Origin: Acidimicrobiaceae bacterium | GTDB taxonomy: Bacteria; Actinomycetota; Acidimicrobiia; Acidimicrobiales; UBA8190 | Direction of reading: 5' to 3' | Length of the DNA: 64,000 nucleotides | Assembly: GCA_003151475.1 (NCBI GenBank) | Contig: PLXQ01000018.1 | Location: 1-64,000 of the forward strand | Part shown: piece by piece, positions 1 to 8,780 of the stretch | How the letters are laid out: each line of letters begins with the position of its first letter | Numbering within the stretch: position 1 is the stretch's first letter | The notes under the pieces: model-generated | What the model was told of the DNA's origin: nothing | Seen by the model: the letters and a program-made list of their open reading frames with translations, nothing else | Databases searched by the model: none | Program-made: the position numbers and the translations under genes

Positions 1-483
1 TCTCGTCACGACCGCCGGCACTGCGCGGCCTCTCGTCACGACCGCCGGCACCATCGCGCGCCGGCGCGGCGTCGCGACCCGGACCGCGGCCGGCGGAGGG
101 TCGGGCGGGGCCGGAGCGGCCCGCGCCGCGCTCGCCGGTGCCGCGCCGTGGGCGTCGCTCGTCACCGTCGTCGCGTTGCCGGCGACTTCCGGGCACCAGC
201 GTCACCGACACCCCCTCGACCTTGTCCCGGCCGGAGCCGACGACCTCGATCCGTTCCGGGCCCCCGCCGTTCGTCTCTTCGACCCGTGGTGCCTGCACCG
301 ACACCACGGTGATCCCCTCGAGCTCGAAATCAGCCTCGGCCCGCAGGACATCGCCCACCTTGGCCACCGACGGAACCAGCTCGCCGTCGAGCGAGCCCCG
401 TGGGTGCTTGGCCCCAGGGGCGCGCCACGTCCACGATCCGTCATCACGACGGCTGGTCAGCTCAATATCGATTCGACGAGACA
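1..483 (-). CDS. Hypothetical protein, 5'-partial in window (Arg-rich low-complexity C-terminal tail)
   Basis: Manual reverse-strand translation from ATG at 483..481 gives MSRRIDIELTSRRDDGSWTWRAPGAKHPRGSLDGELVPSVAKVGDVLRAEADFELEGITVVSVQAPRVEE..., continuing open to the window edge. The tail contains a duplicated PAVVTRGRA unit encoded by the 29-bp direct repeat at 1..60. Divergent from the htrA-like gene; not in the supplied ORF track as a clean ORF. Confidence 0.35.
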
Positions 484-709
484 TCCGAGCGTCCACGCTA
501 CCGCCGACAGTGGCAGTTTGAGAACAATACGAAGGACAGACCTTCTATCTGGCTGCTCCGGGCACGTCCGTAGGCCTGTGGAACTCCGACGAATATGGCT
601 CCCTGCGCGCCACACCCGCCGGTGGCCTCTCTATTGTGGCAATTGCCCGCGCAAACAGGCCGAATTGGGCACGGCCGTCCATTTCGTCCCGACGACAGGA
701 GCACCCACG

Positions 710-2260
710 GTGGAAGACGAGCCCCAGGAGCCTGCGAGCGGCGAGCCCGGGACCCCATCGCCTCCTCCCTCACTCGGTGGCCACGCACCGGCCAGCCCCG
801 CCTCACCGACTCCGGCCACGCCACGCGTCGGCTCCCCACCACCTGCGGCCACGCCTCCGGGCACCACACCGCTCGAGCCGCCCCCGCCTCCGGTGATCCC
901 TCCGGCCGGGTCCGGCTCGACGCCATTGCCCCCATCCGGTCCTGGCTGGAGGCCGCCCACGCCACCGCCGCCCGCCGGGGCGCCGGGCTCTCCCTGGCCG
1001 CCGCCGTCCATGCCCCGGACCCCTCCGCCCTACGGGGCGCCGCCCCTGGTCGGCGTGCCCGCCCCGGCCTGGCCACCACCGCCGGAACCGGCGCCCGGGC
1101 CGGCATCTGGCTCCGGCGCCCCCCGCTGGCTCGTCATCGCGTTGGTGGCCGCCCTCATCGGGGGAGCCGCCGGAGCCGGTATCGCCGAGGCCCTGGGTAC
1201 CGGCACCACCGGCAACCCGACGGTCAAGGTGGGGTCGGCCGCCCCCGGTCCGGCCCTGGCCGGGAACGCCTCCATCCCGACAATTGTGAAGAGCATCCTC
1301 CCCGAGGTGGTCTCCATCGACGCCAAGGGCCCCGGTTCGCCCGGTACCGGAGGCCTCTTCGGCTCCGGTACCGGCGGCACCGTCGAGAATCAGGGGACGG
1401 GGATGATCATCTCGACCGACGGCGAGGTGATCACCAACAACCACGTGATCTCGGGCGCCACCGCCATCACCGTCACCCTCTACGGCCAGACGAAGTCGCT
1501 CACCACCAAATTGGTGGGCGCCGACCCGAGCAGCGACGTGGCGCTGCTCAAGATCGATTCCCCGCCGTCGAATCTCCAGCCCATCACCTTCGGCGACACC
1601 CGCCAGCTCCAGGTGGGCGACGCCGTCATCGCCGTCGGCAACGCCCTCGGACTCTCGGCCGACACCCCGACGGTCACCTCGGGCATTGTCTCGGCCACCG
1701 GTCGGACCGTCCAGGCGGGCGACGCCGGCGCCAGCACAGAGACCCTCACCAACCTCATCCAGACCGACGCGGCCATCAACTCGGGCAACTCCGGCGGGGC
1801 GCTCGTGGACTCCGACGGTCAGGTCATCGCCATGAACACCGCCGTGGCCGCCTCCTCGAACGGCAACGCCCCGGCGCAGAACATCGGCTTCGCCATTCCC
1901 GCCACCACCATCGAGGGACTCCTTCCCGAGCTCCGCCAGGGAGGCACCTCGAGTGGCTCCAAGGCCTTCATCGGCGTGGAGGTGGAGGACGAGACGGCCC
2001 AGCTCCAGCAGGCCTACGGCTTCGTCCCCTCTTCGGGCGCCGTCGTCATCTCCGTCCAGTCCGGTTCCCCGGCCGCCACCGCCGGCATCGCGGCGCGCGA
2101 CGTCATCGTCGGATTCAACGGCAAGACGGTGGCGTCGGCCCAGAACCTCACCACCGACGTCCGGGCCCTCCCCGCCGGTACCAAGGCCTCGGTCACCTTG
2201 TGGCGGGGCAAGACCAAGAAGACCTTCTCCGTCACCCTGGCCCAAGCCCCGGCGGGCTGA
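710..2260 (+). CDS. htrA: Trypsin-like serine protease HtrA/DegP family with C-terminal PDZ domain; Pro-rich N-terminal region plus one TM segment
   Basis: ORF 176..2260 carries the S1C triad context (ITNNHVI; DVALLKID; GNSGGALV) and a PDZ-like C-terminus. A TM stretch WLVIALVAALIGGAAGAGIA follows a Pro-rich low-complexity region. Start set at GTG 710, preceded by AGGAG at 697..701; upstream 515..548 is AT-richer and likely promoter. Confidence 0.85.
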   Translation: MEDEPQEPASGEPGTPSPPPSLGGHAPASPASPTPATPRVGSPPPAATPPGTTPLEPPPPPVIPPAGSGSTPLPPSGPGWRPPTPPPPAGAPGSPWPPPSMPRTPPPYGAPPLVGVPAPAWPPPPEPAPGPASGSGAPRWLVIALVAALIGGAAGAGIAEALGTGTTGNPTVKVGSAAPGPALAGNASIPTIVKSILPEVVSIDAKGPGSPGTGGLFGSGTGGTVENQGTGMIISTDGEVITNNHVISGATAITVTLYGQTKSLTTKLVGADPSSDVALLKIDSPPSNLQPITFGDTRQLQVGDAVIAVGNALGLSADTPTVTSGIVSATGRTVQAGDAGASTETLTNLIQTDAAINSGNSGGALVDSDGQVIAMNTAVAASSNGNAPAQNIGFAIPATTIEGLLPELRQGGTSSGSKAFIGVEVEDETAQLQQAYGFVPSSGAVVISVQSGSPAATAGIAARDVIVGFNGKTVASAQNLTTDVRALPAGTKASVTLWRGKTKKTFSVTLAQAPAG

Positions 2261-2299
2261 CCCAGCAGCACCGGCACGGGCACGGGCGTCGGCCGGGGA

Positions 2300-2788
2300 C
2301 TACCGCCCGGTGGCGCCGTCGATCAGCTCGCGCACGATGTCGGCATGGCCGGCGTGGCGCGCCGTCTCCTCGGTCACGTGCACGAGCGCCCACCGAAGGG
2401 TCAGTCCCTGCCTGCCGCGCGCCAGTGGTTGCTCGGCATCACCGCAATCCCGGGCGATCTCGTCGGTCCGCTCCGCCGCCCGGCGGTAGCGGCGCAGCAC
2501 GGCGTCGATGCTGTCGTCGGCGCCCACGGAGAAGGCGTCGCCGTCGAGCGGGACGTCGAGCCCGGCGAACCGCCTCTGCATCCAGTAGCTCTCGACCTCG
2601 CTCAGATGTTTCACCAGACCGAGCAGGCTGGTGCCCGACACCACCACGGCCCGGCCCGCCTGCTCCTCGCTCAGCCCGTCGAGTTTCCGTCCCACGCAGT
2701 CGCGCAGATACCCGAGGAAAGAGAGCAGCGTCTCGATCTCCCCATCGATGACGACCGGGGCATTGTGCGCGTCTTCGTGCTCGGGCAC
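2300..2788 (-). CDS. DinB_2/DUF664 superfamily protein (mycothiol S-transferase-like)
   Basis: C-terminal motif LRWALVHVTEETARHAGHADIVRELIDG is typical of DinB_2/DUF664 proteins. Start trimmed to GTG at 2788..2786, 3 nt after the stop of the upstream PIG-L deacetylase (TAA 2793..2791). Confidence 0.7.
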   Translation of the reverse strand: MPEHEDAHNAPVVIDGEIETLLSFLGYLRDCVGRKLDGLSEEQAGRAVVVSGTSLLGLVKHLSEVESYWMQRRFAGLDVPLDGDAFSVGADDSIDAVLRRYRRAAERTDEIARDCGDAEQPLARGRQGLTLRWALVHVTEETARHAGHADIVRELIDGATGR

Positions 2789-2790
2789 CT

Positions 2791-3582
2791 TTACGTCCCG
2801 GCGAGCAGGGAATCCTCGAACGGCCGCGTCACTTGAGCGCCCACCCGTATGTACCACTCCGTGCCCCACACGGCGGCGAAGGCCTCGGGGGGCATGGACA
2901 AAAAGAACGACGTCTCGGAGATCTGGCTCCCGTGGGCCTCCATGGCCCGGCGTTTCTGGCCGAGGAAGTCGCTCACGTCCACGGCGGTGGTGATCCGTTC
3001 CTCGGCCACCCCCAACGTGTCGACCGACGGTCGCTCGCCCTCGCCACCGAGCACAGCGGCGTTGTCGGGCGAGGCCATCAGCGCCAACAGGTAGTCGCGG
3101 TTGACCGTGGCCATGAAGACCCGGGGCACCTCGGCCAGGACACCGGCGCGCAGTCCCACCCGGTGGACCTGGATGTGGTCGGGATGGCCGTAGTTCCCGT
3201 TCTCGTCGTAGGCGGTGAGGACGTCGGCCCCTTCCTCGCGCAAGATGGCGGCCAGTCGCTCGGCCGCCTCCTCCACGTCGGCCTGCCAGAAGCAGTCGGG
3301 GTCGTTGTTGGTGTCCTCTCCTTCCATCCCCGAATCCCCGTAGCCCAGGTGCTCGTGGCGGGCCACACCGAGCGCGGCGCAGGCGGCGTCGAGCTCGGTG
3401 GCCCGCCGATCGGCCAGGGACTCGCCGGCCGAGAGATAGCCGTCGGGCACCTCACCGAGCTCGCCCCGGGTGGCCGTGATGAGCACGACCCGGTGCCCGG
3501 CCGCCGCCATCTGCGCCATCGTCCCGGCCGTGGCGATGGCCTCGTCGTCGGGATGAGCGTGGAAGAACACGGCAGTGACCAT
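2791..3582 (-). CDS. PIG-L/LmbE family deacetylase (Mca/MshB-like, mycothiol conjugate amidase family)
   Basis: Motifs FHAHPDDE and NGNYGHPDH are typical of LmbE-like zinc deacetylases. Start trimmed to the Met giving MVTAVFFHAHPDDE (ATG at 3582); the upstream part of ORF 2791..3669 has no support. Confidence 0.8.
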   Translation of the reverse strand: MVTAVFFHAHPDDEAIATAGTMAQMAAAGHRVVLITATRGELGEVPDGYLSAGESLADRRATELDAACAALGVARHEHLGYGDSGMEGEDTNNDPDCFWQADVEEAAERLAAILREEGADVLTAYDENGNYGHPDHIQVHRVGLRAGVLAEVPRVFMATVNRDYLLALMASPDNAAVLGGEGERPSVDTLGVAEERITTAVDVSDFLGQKRRAMEAHGSQISETSFFLSMPPEAFAAVWGTEWYIRVGAQVTRPFEDSLLAGT

Positions 3583-3652
3583 GGACGCGGAGACTAATGG
3601 GCCAGGATGGGGCAGGACGACGACGACGGGCGTCCCCCGACGAGGAGGAACA

Positions 3653-4369
3653 ATGGCGACGACGGTCACGGTGGCGACGGCTGACGGCGAGATGGACCTC
3701 TACGACGCCGAGCCCCAGTCGGTGCCCCGGGGGGCGGTCATCGTCGTGCAGGAGGCGTTCGGCGTGAACGACCACATCGAGGACGTCACCCGCCGCTTCG
3801 CCGGCCAGGGCTACCGGGCTGTCGCCCCCCATCTCTTTCACCGCAGCGGCGACGAAGAACTGGCCTACGACAACTTCGAGAAAATCATGCCCCACATGCA
3901 GGCCCTGACCGAGGTCGGGCTCCTGGCCGACCTCGACGCCACTGTGGGCTACCTGTCGGCCGCCGGCTTCGCCGCTCCTCGGGTGGGCGTGGTCGGTTTC
4001 TGCATGGGGGGATCCGTCACCTTCTTGGCTGCTGTCCGCCGTGCCTTCGGAGCAGCCGTCACCTTCTACGGCGGGGGAGTGGCCGAGGGTCGTTTCGGCA
4101 TGCCCCCACTCCTGGAGATGGCGCCCGCGCTCCAGACCCCGTGGCTCGGGCTCTTCGGCGACCAGGACCCGAGCATCCCCGTCGACCAGGTGGAGGCTCT
4201 CCGTCAAGCGGCAGCCACCGCACCGGTGCCGACCGAGATCGTCCGCTATGCCGACGCCGGCCACGGATTTCACTCCGACCCCCGTCCCGACGCCTACAAC
4301 GAGCCGGCGGCCGAAGACGCGTGGGGCCGCACCCTCGACTGGTTCGAGCGCTACCTCGCCGCCGACTGA
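3653..4369 (+). CDS. Dienelactone hydrolase family protein
   Basis: Alpha/beta-hydrolase with Cys nucleophile motif VVGFCMGG and the DLH-like C-terminal pattern YADAGHGF. ATG 3653 is preceded by GAGGAGGAA. Confidence 0.8.
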   Translation: MATTVTVATADGEMDLYDAEPQSVPRGAVIVVQEAFGVNDHIEDVTRRFAGQGYRAVAPHLFHRSGDEELAYDNFEKIMPHMQALTEVGLLADLDATVGYLSAAGFAAPRVGVVGFCMGGSVTFLAAVRRAFGAAVTFYGGGVAEGRFGMPPLLEMAPALQTPWLGLFGDQDPSIPVDQVEALRQAAATAPVPTEIVRYADAGHGFHSDPRPDAYNEPAAEDAWGRTLDWFERYLAAD

Positions 4370-4415
4370 GGCGGCGTCCTCGACGCCGCGCTGGGTGGGG
4401 CGCGCCGGTGCCGGG

Positions 4416-5186
4416 TCAGACGCGCTGGGGGCCGCTCACGGCCACCGGGGCATGGGTCGACTGCACGACGCCGCCGGCGCGCTCGGCGGTGACGGCGAAG
4501 GCTCTGATCAATTTCCGATCGCCCACCGTCAGCGCCACCGCCGTCGGGTGGTTGCCGAGGAGCCCGAGAGACACCGTCTGGCCCTTCTCCTCGCCCCACA
4601 GCTGGTAGGTCTCGTCGGCCGACAGCCCCGGCAGCCCGTGATTGATCACGTAGGCCGATCCCGACGGCAGTTCCACGAGGTCGGCCACCGTGGCCGTCGA
4701 CGGCCCCGTGCTCCTCAACGTCACCAGATGCGCCTGCGGATTCTGCCGGGCCGCCGCCGCCTGCTGCACGGGATCGTTCACCTTGTTGTCGAGATGGCCG
4801 ACCTGCACGGCCAGCAGAGCGATCACGGCGGCGGCGACGGCGGTGATGGCGCCGGCGGCCGACCACCGCATCCGTCGCTGTCGTTCGGAGATCCGCCGCG
4901 GCAGCGCCCCGGCCAGAGCGGCGTCGAGAACCACGGCGGTCGGTGGAGGCTCACCGGCAGGATCGAGCCGCGCCGCGATCTGGTCCCAGAGCTCGACCGA
5001 GGCGTCGCTGCCGGCGTTGGCCAGCATCGCCGCCACCTCCCGGTGCTGCGCCAGCTCCGCCGTGCAGCGCGGACCGTCGCTCAGGTGCGTTTCGATCTCC
5101 ACCGCTTCGTCGGCGTCCACGGCGTCGAGGGCGTAGGCACCCAACAGCCCGGCGACCTCGTCGTGGCTCATCGGGTCGTGGCTCAT
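4416..5186 (-). CDS. Anti-sigma factor (RskA/anti-sigma-K-like)
   Basis: N-terminus MSHDEVAGLLGAYALDAVDADEAVEIETHL is the conserved anti-sigma-K-type N-terminal domain, followed by a central TM segment. ATG 5186 overlaps the sigma-factor stop in an ATGA arrangement. Confidence 0.75.
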   Translation of the reverse strand: MSHDPMSHDEVAGLLGAYALDAVDADEAVEIETHLSDGPRCTAELAQHREVAAMLANAGSDASVELWDQIAARLDPAGEPPPTAVVLDAALAGALPRRISERQRRMRWSAAGAITAVAAAVIALLAVQVGHLDNKVNDPVQQAAAARQNPQAHLVTLRSTGPSTATVADLVELPSGSAYVINHGLPGLSADETYQLWGEEKGQTVSLGLLGNHPTAVALTVGDRKLIRAFAVTAERAGGVVQSTHAPVAVSGPQRV

Positions 5187-5761
5187 TGGTCGGTCCATGC
5201 CGTCTCCACGCCGTGCTGGACCATGAAGGCGCGTAGCCGTCCTAGTCCACTTCTGATCCTGCTCTTCACCGTTCCCTCGGGCTCTCCCAGCAGAGACGCC
5301 ACCTCCCGGTAGGTGTGACCGCCGAAGTACGCCATCTCGATCGCCGTCCGCTCGTCGGCGGGCAAGGTGCCCACCGCTTCTTTCACCCGGTCGGCCACGG
5401 CCAGGTCCCAGGCGTGATGCTCGATGTCATATCCGGCGGCCGCCGTCTGTACCGTCTTTTCCTCACGCACCCGCCGGGCCGATTCGGAGCGCAGGACATC
5501 GACGGCCCGGCTGTGGGCCTTGGTCATGAGGAATGTCCGCAGCGCACCGCGCCCGGGATCGAAGCGATCGGGATCACGCCACAGCTCGACGAAGACTTCC
5601 TGGGTGACCTCGTCGGCCAGGGTGGCCGAGCGCAGGACCCTGCGGGCCAGGGTGTGGACCGATCCGCCGTGGCGCCGGTAGGCCTCGGCCAACGCCGGCT
5701 CGTGACAGCGGGCGATGCCGACGACGATGCCAGCGTCGGCGGCTGTCTGGTAGTCGACCAT
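5183..5761 (-). CDS. ECF (sigma-70 family) RNA polymerase sigma factor, SigK-like
   Basis: Region 2 (EVTQEVFVELWRDPDRFDP) and region 4 (AYFGGHTYREVASLLGEPEGTVKSRIRSGL) HTH motifs. Immediately upstream of, and translationally coupled to, the anti-sigma gene. Confidence 0.85.
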   Translation of the reverse strand: MVDYQTAADAGIVVGIARCHEPALAEAYRRHGGSVHTLARRVLRSATLADEVTQEVFVELWRDPDRFDPGRGALRTFLMTKAHSRAVDVLRSESARRVREEKTVQTAAAGYDIEHHAWDLAVADRVKEAVGTLPADERTAIEMAYFGGHTYREVASLLGEPEGTVKSRIRSGLGRLRAFMVQHGVETAWTDQ

Positions 5762-6016
5762 CGCAACAGGGTCTTCGGTGCCGCTCGGGACTTTGGATGA
5801 CGGGGTCTCAGCTCAGCGAGGCCCCGGCCACCCAATGGGGCCCGGCCGCCCACGGTAGTGGGGGAGGGGGGTGCCGGAGTCATCCAGGAACGTCGGCGGC
5901 GACGAAGAGCGATCGACCGCCTGCCCGGCCTCGACGGCCTCCATCTGGTGGAGAGTTCCGTGGCCGAGCTGGCCGCATAGACGCATAACCGACGAACAAA
6001 GAGAAGGGTGGTTCTC

Positions 6017-6199
6017 ATGCTGGCCGAGATCTTCGGTATGGACGGCATCATCGTGCTGCTTGTGGTGGTGGCGGTGCTCTTCGGCGGAAGCCAGATCCCC
6101 AAGTTGGCCCATTCACTCGGGTCGGCCCGCAAGGAGTTCAAGAAGGGTCTGGACGAGGAAGGCCTCACCGACAAGGCGGAGCCCACCACCAAGATCTGA
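6017..6199 (+). CDS. tatA: Twin-arginine translocase subunit TatA/E
   Basis: 60-aa protein with an N-terminal TM helix then an amphipathic helix (IIVLLVVVAVLFGGSQIPKLAHSLGSARKEFKKG), the TatA signature. Start ambiguous between GTG 6008, ATG 6017 and ATG 6038. Confidence 0.8.
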   Translation: MLAEIFGMDGIIVLLVVVAVLFGGSQIPKLAHSLGSARKEFKKGLDEEGLTDKAEPTTKI

Positions 6200-6749
6200 G
6201 CGCGTCAGAGAAAAGCAGTCTCATGAGATTTGGGTCACTCAGGGTGGCGCCTCGGTACGTCTGGGTCTAACGTCGGGCCCCTGGCCGCTGGGCCCGAGTG
6301 TCCGCAGTGCGGTCGAGAACTACTGACTTCCAAGATGTACCCGACCGGGCTCGCCGCGGACGGGACCTCTCATCCAGCCAAGACCTGCAGGATAGAGGGG
6401 CTCTGGTTCGGGAAGGACCCTGACGGGTCCTGGTCGGTTTCTCTCACTCCTCATAGCCGAGACTGATCCGGTCCGTGCCCTCCAAAAGGATCATTGCGGC
6501 GGCGACCCGCTTCAAGGATGCCTGGGAATCGGCCTTGGGCCACAACAAGTCCGGATTCTCCCTGAGCGACCTCGACATCGTCGAGATGCACGAAGCGGCT
6601 CTGGGTTTGATCGAAGCCACGGGAACGACCGATCTGCAGGCGGCGCTCGACGCCGTTCACGACTACGAGGCCTAGTCCGTCAGATATCCCTTTTGACCAG
6701 GGGCTATGTCCCATCTGGACTCGACACAACCCCGTGACAGCCTCGGACC

Positions 6750-6953
6750 GTGGACGAACCGACTGATCGGGAACCGCCGGCCAGAATTCAATTCCGACTG
6801 GCGGAAGCACTTGACCTCCTCGCCGCCCTGGAAGAGGCCCGAGATGCCCTCATCGCAACCGACCACCTGGCCGAGGTTGCGCAGCTGGAGCTTCAAATCC
6901 AGCTTCTCAGCCGTAGACACGGGTTCGACGAACCGGGAGGCGACGATGGCTGA
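6750..6953 (+). CDS. Hypothetical small protein (67 aa) overlapping the downstream HTH gene by 8 nt
   Basis: ORF in a lower-GC segment; predicted helical, acidic (LAEALDLLAALEEARDALIATDHLAEVAQLELQIQLL). No recognised family; supported only by ORF integrity and coupling to the next gene. Confidence 0.25.
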   Translation: MDEPTDREPPARIQFRLAEALDLLAALEEARDALIATDHLAEVAQLELQIQLLSRRHGFDEPGGDDG

Positions 6954-7116
6954 AGATCAGCCACTCCGGGCGGCTCAGGCAGCTCGGGAGTTGGGAATTC
7001 CTACGAAAGAGCTCCTCCGGCTCGTACACGAGCGAAAGATCCGTTACGTCATGGTGGACGGGATTGCTCACATTCCGATTGATGCCGTGGAGGATTACCG
7101 TTCCAAGGCCTCGTGA
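6946..7116 (+). CDS. Excisionase-family helix-turn-helix DNA-binding protein (56 aa)
   Basis: Internal start of ORF 6706..7116. MAEDQPLRAAQAARELGIPTKELLRLVHERKIRYVMVDGIAHIPIDAVEDY matches the excisionase/MerR-like HTH_17 pattern. ATG 6946 is preceded by GGAGG. Confidence 0.5.
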   Translation: MAEDQPLRAAQAARELGIPTKELLRLVHERKIRYVMVDGIAHIPIDAVEDYRSKAS

Positions 7117-7334
7117 GTCCCGTCGGGTCGTTCGTTAGCTATTCCGGCCCTCGGCCAGGGGTCGAGAGGCATTCGCCATGAAGCGTCCGCACGCAGTCGT
7201 ACTTGTCGTCCTCTCCCCCAACCGCCGATAATGTATCTTATGTCAAGTTACCCAAGAGACACAGGGCGCTGTCCATCAGGTGGCTCGAGATGGGCCCTAC
7301 CCCGGTCTGGCTGGCCCGCTGCGAGGCCGAGGGG

Positions 7335-8081
7335 TCAGCCCGACGGTGTTGTGGGGGCGGCGGCCATGGGCAGCGACGCAAAGGTCACGGTGCTCGTCGG
7401 TACCGGAATCTGCAGCGCCTTGCCCCAGTTGCTGAACGTCCCGACGTCGGTTTCCTTCACGCCGCGCGAGGTCTGCTCGGCCGAGAAGACGATTGGCACC
7501 GTCGGGCTCGACGTCGAAACGTACAGGGTCGACGAGCCCGTCGCCCCCTTGGCCGCCCCCGGGAGCCCGCCCTTCACCCCAATGACCGCCTGTCCGGCCT
7601 TGGTCGTCGACGCCGTAAGGACCAGGTGGCCGCCGGGCTTGATCTGGGTCAGCGTGCTGGCGATGGTCACGGCCTTGGTCACCGACGCGTACGGGGCGTC
7701 GGTGGTGGCGATGGAGATCCACTTACCGGCGTAGGTCGCGGCGTTGGCAGCGGAGAGCCCGATCTGGCCCTCGAGGCCCCCGGCGTTTCCCTCGATGAAG
7801 GCCTTTCCCCCGATCACCTCGGCCTGGATGGTGACGGCACCCACGCTGATGATCTCCCGGCCGTCGCTGCCCGAGGCATCACCGGTGATGGTCTCCGTCT
7901 TTCCCGACTGCTTCCCGAGCAGCTTGAAGTGGACCGATCCGGCCGTCTTGGCCGCGGCCAGAGAGGCGGTCAGGATCTGCTTCGGGCTCTGGCCGGCCAG
8001 GGCGTTGGTCGACCCTCCCCCGCCGCAGGCGGCAGCAACGAGGGCCAGTGGTCCGAGAACGAGGAGGGCGGTGCGCTTCAT
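7335..8081 (-). CDS. Putative secreted lipoprotein (LppX/LprAFG-like size and composition)
   Basis: Signal peptide with lipobox MKRTALLVLGPLALVAAAC-GGGGS (L-A-A-C), followed by a Gly/Ala/Thr-rich mature domain. Confidence 0.6.
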   Translation of the reverse strand: MKRTALLVLGPLALVAAACGGGGSTNALAGQSPKQILTASLAAAKTAGSVHFKLLGKQSGKTETITGDASGSDGREIISVGAVTIQAEVIGGKAFIEGNAGGLEGQIGLSAANAATYAGKWISIATTDAPYASVTKAVTIASTLTQIKPGGHLVLTASTTKAGQAVIGVKGGLPGAAKGATGSSTLYVSTSSPTVPIVFSAEQTSRGVKETDVGTFSNWGKALQIPVPTSTVTFASLPMAAAPTTPSG

Positions 8082-8110
8082 TCGGCCACGCTACCGGTCA
8101 TACCTGAGCG

Positions 8111-8497
8111 TCAAATGGCGCGGGGCTCCATCGTCGGTGTCTTTTTTGTTTCGTCCGAGACCGGCTCGAAGTCGATGATGAGCTCGGCGCCGAGGGCCCG
8201 GGCGATCCGGTCGAGACTGATGACCGTGGGCGACACCTGGCCCTTTTCGAGCCGGGCGATGGACGGCTGAGAGGTCTTGGCCCGTCGGGCCAGCTCCGCC
8301 TGGCTCACCCCGCTGCGCAGCCGGGCGGCCCGTACGGCGCTTCCCACCATGATGGCCGTCCGGGCCCGCTCGTAGCGGGCGAAGGCGTCCTCTCCCCTGC
8401 TGGGTCCGGGTCGGGGCGGAACGACCGGTGACTCCCCCGGCCGGGTTCTCCGGGTCGTTTGCCCACCAGGGGGCGCGGGATTGGTCGAGCGAGCCAT
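8111..8497 (-). CDS. XRE-family helix-turn-helix transcriptional regulator
   Basis: HTH_3 motif GVSQAELARRAKTSQPSIARLEKGQVSPTVISLDRIARALG. Second ATG (8497) chosen because the first ATG (8518) sits inside an AT-rich promoter-like stretch. Confidence 0.7.
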   Translation of the reverse strand: MARSTNPAPPGGQTTRRTRPGESPVVPPRPGPSRGEDAFARYERARTAIMVGSAVRAARLRSGVSQAELARRAKTSQPSIARLEKGQVSPTVISLDRIARALGAELIIDFEPVSDETKKTPTMEPRAI

Positions 8498-8523
8498 ATC
8501 AAAGATGGAATATACCATTTATG

Positions 8524-8566
8524 GTCTGAGGATCTGAGGATCTGAGGATCTGAGGATCTGAGGATG
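8524..8566. repeat. Tandem 8-bp repeat (gatctgag / tgaggatc) x5 in the divergent intergenic region
   Basis: Read directly: atggtc tgaggatc tgaggatc tgaggatc tgaggatc tgaggatg. It sits between the XRE regulator (minus) and the Kelch-Ig protein gene (plus). Confidence 0.9.
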
Positions 8567-8780
8567 CTCGGGTCGCCCTCCGGGGTAATCCGAGATATCC
8601 AGCCACCGAGAGGCATCTCGTCACTTATGACAATAGTGATGGGGTGGCCACGCTGCGTAAAATAATCCCTGATGCGCGCCTTGCCACGTGCGACGGGGTT
8701 GTCCAGGTTGGAGTCCCTTCACCGAGCAGGAGCAGGCGAGGGGCTGGCCTGAGGAATCCGGGTCCGTCCCGGGGGGAGAT

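Noticed and set aside
803-2245. 480-aa minus-strand ORF antisense to the protease gene
   Set aside because: Gly/Arg/Asp-rich low-complexity product with no motifs; antisense shadow ORF of a well-supported gene.
595-2751. 718-aa ORF overlapping the htrA-like gene and beyond in another frame
   Set aside because: Arg/Gly/Pro-rich nonsense translation, typical of alternate frames in 70% GC coding DNA. The same region is fully explained by the HtrA-like protease with motif support.
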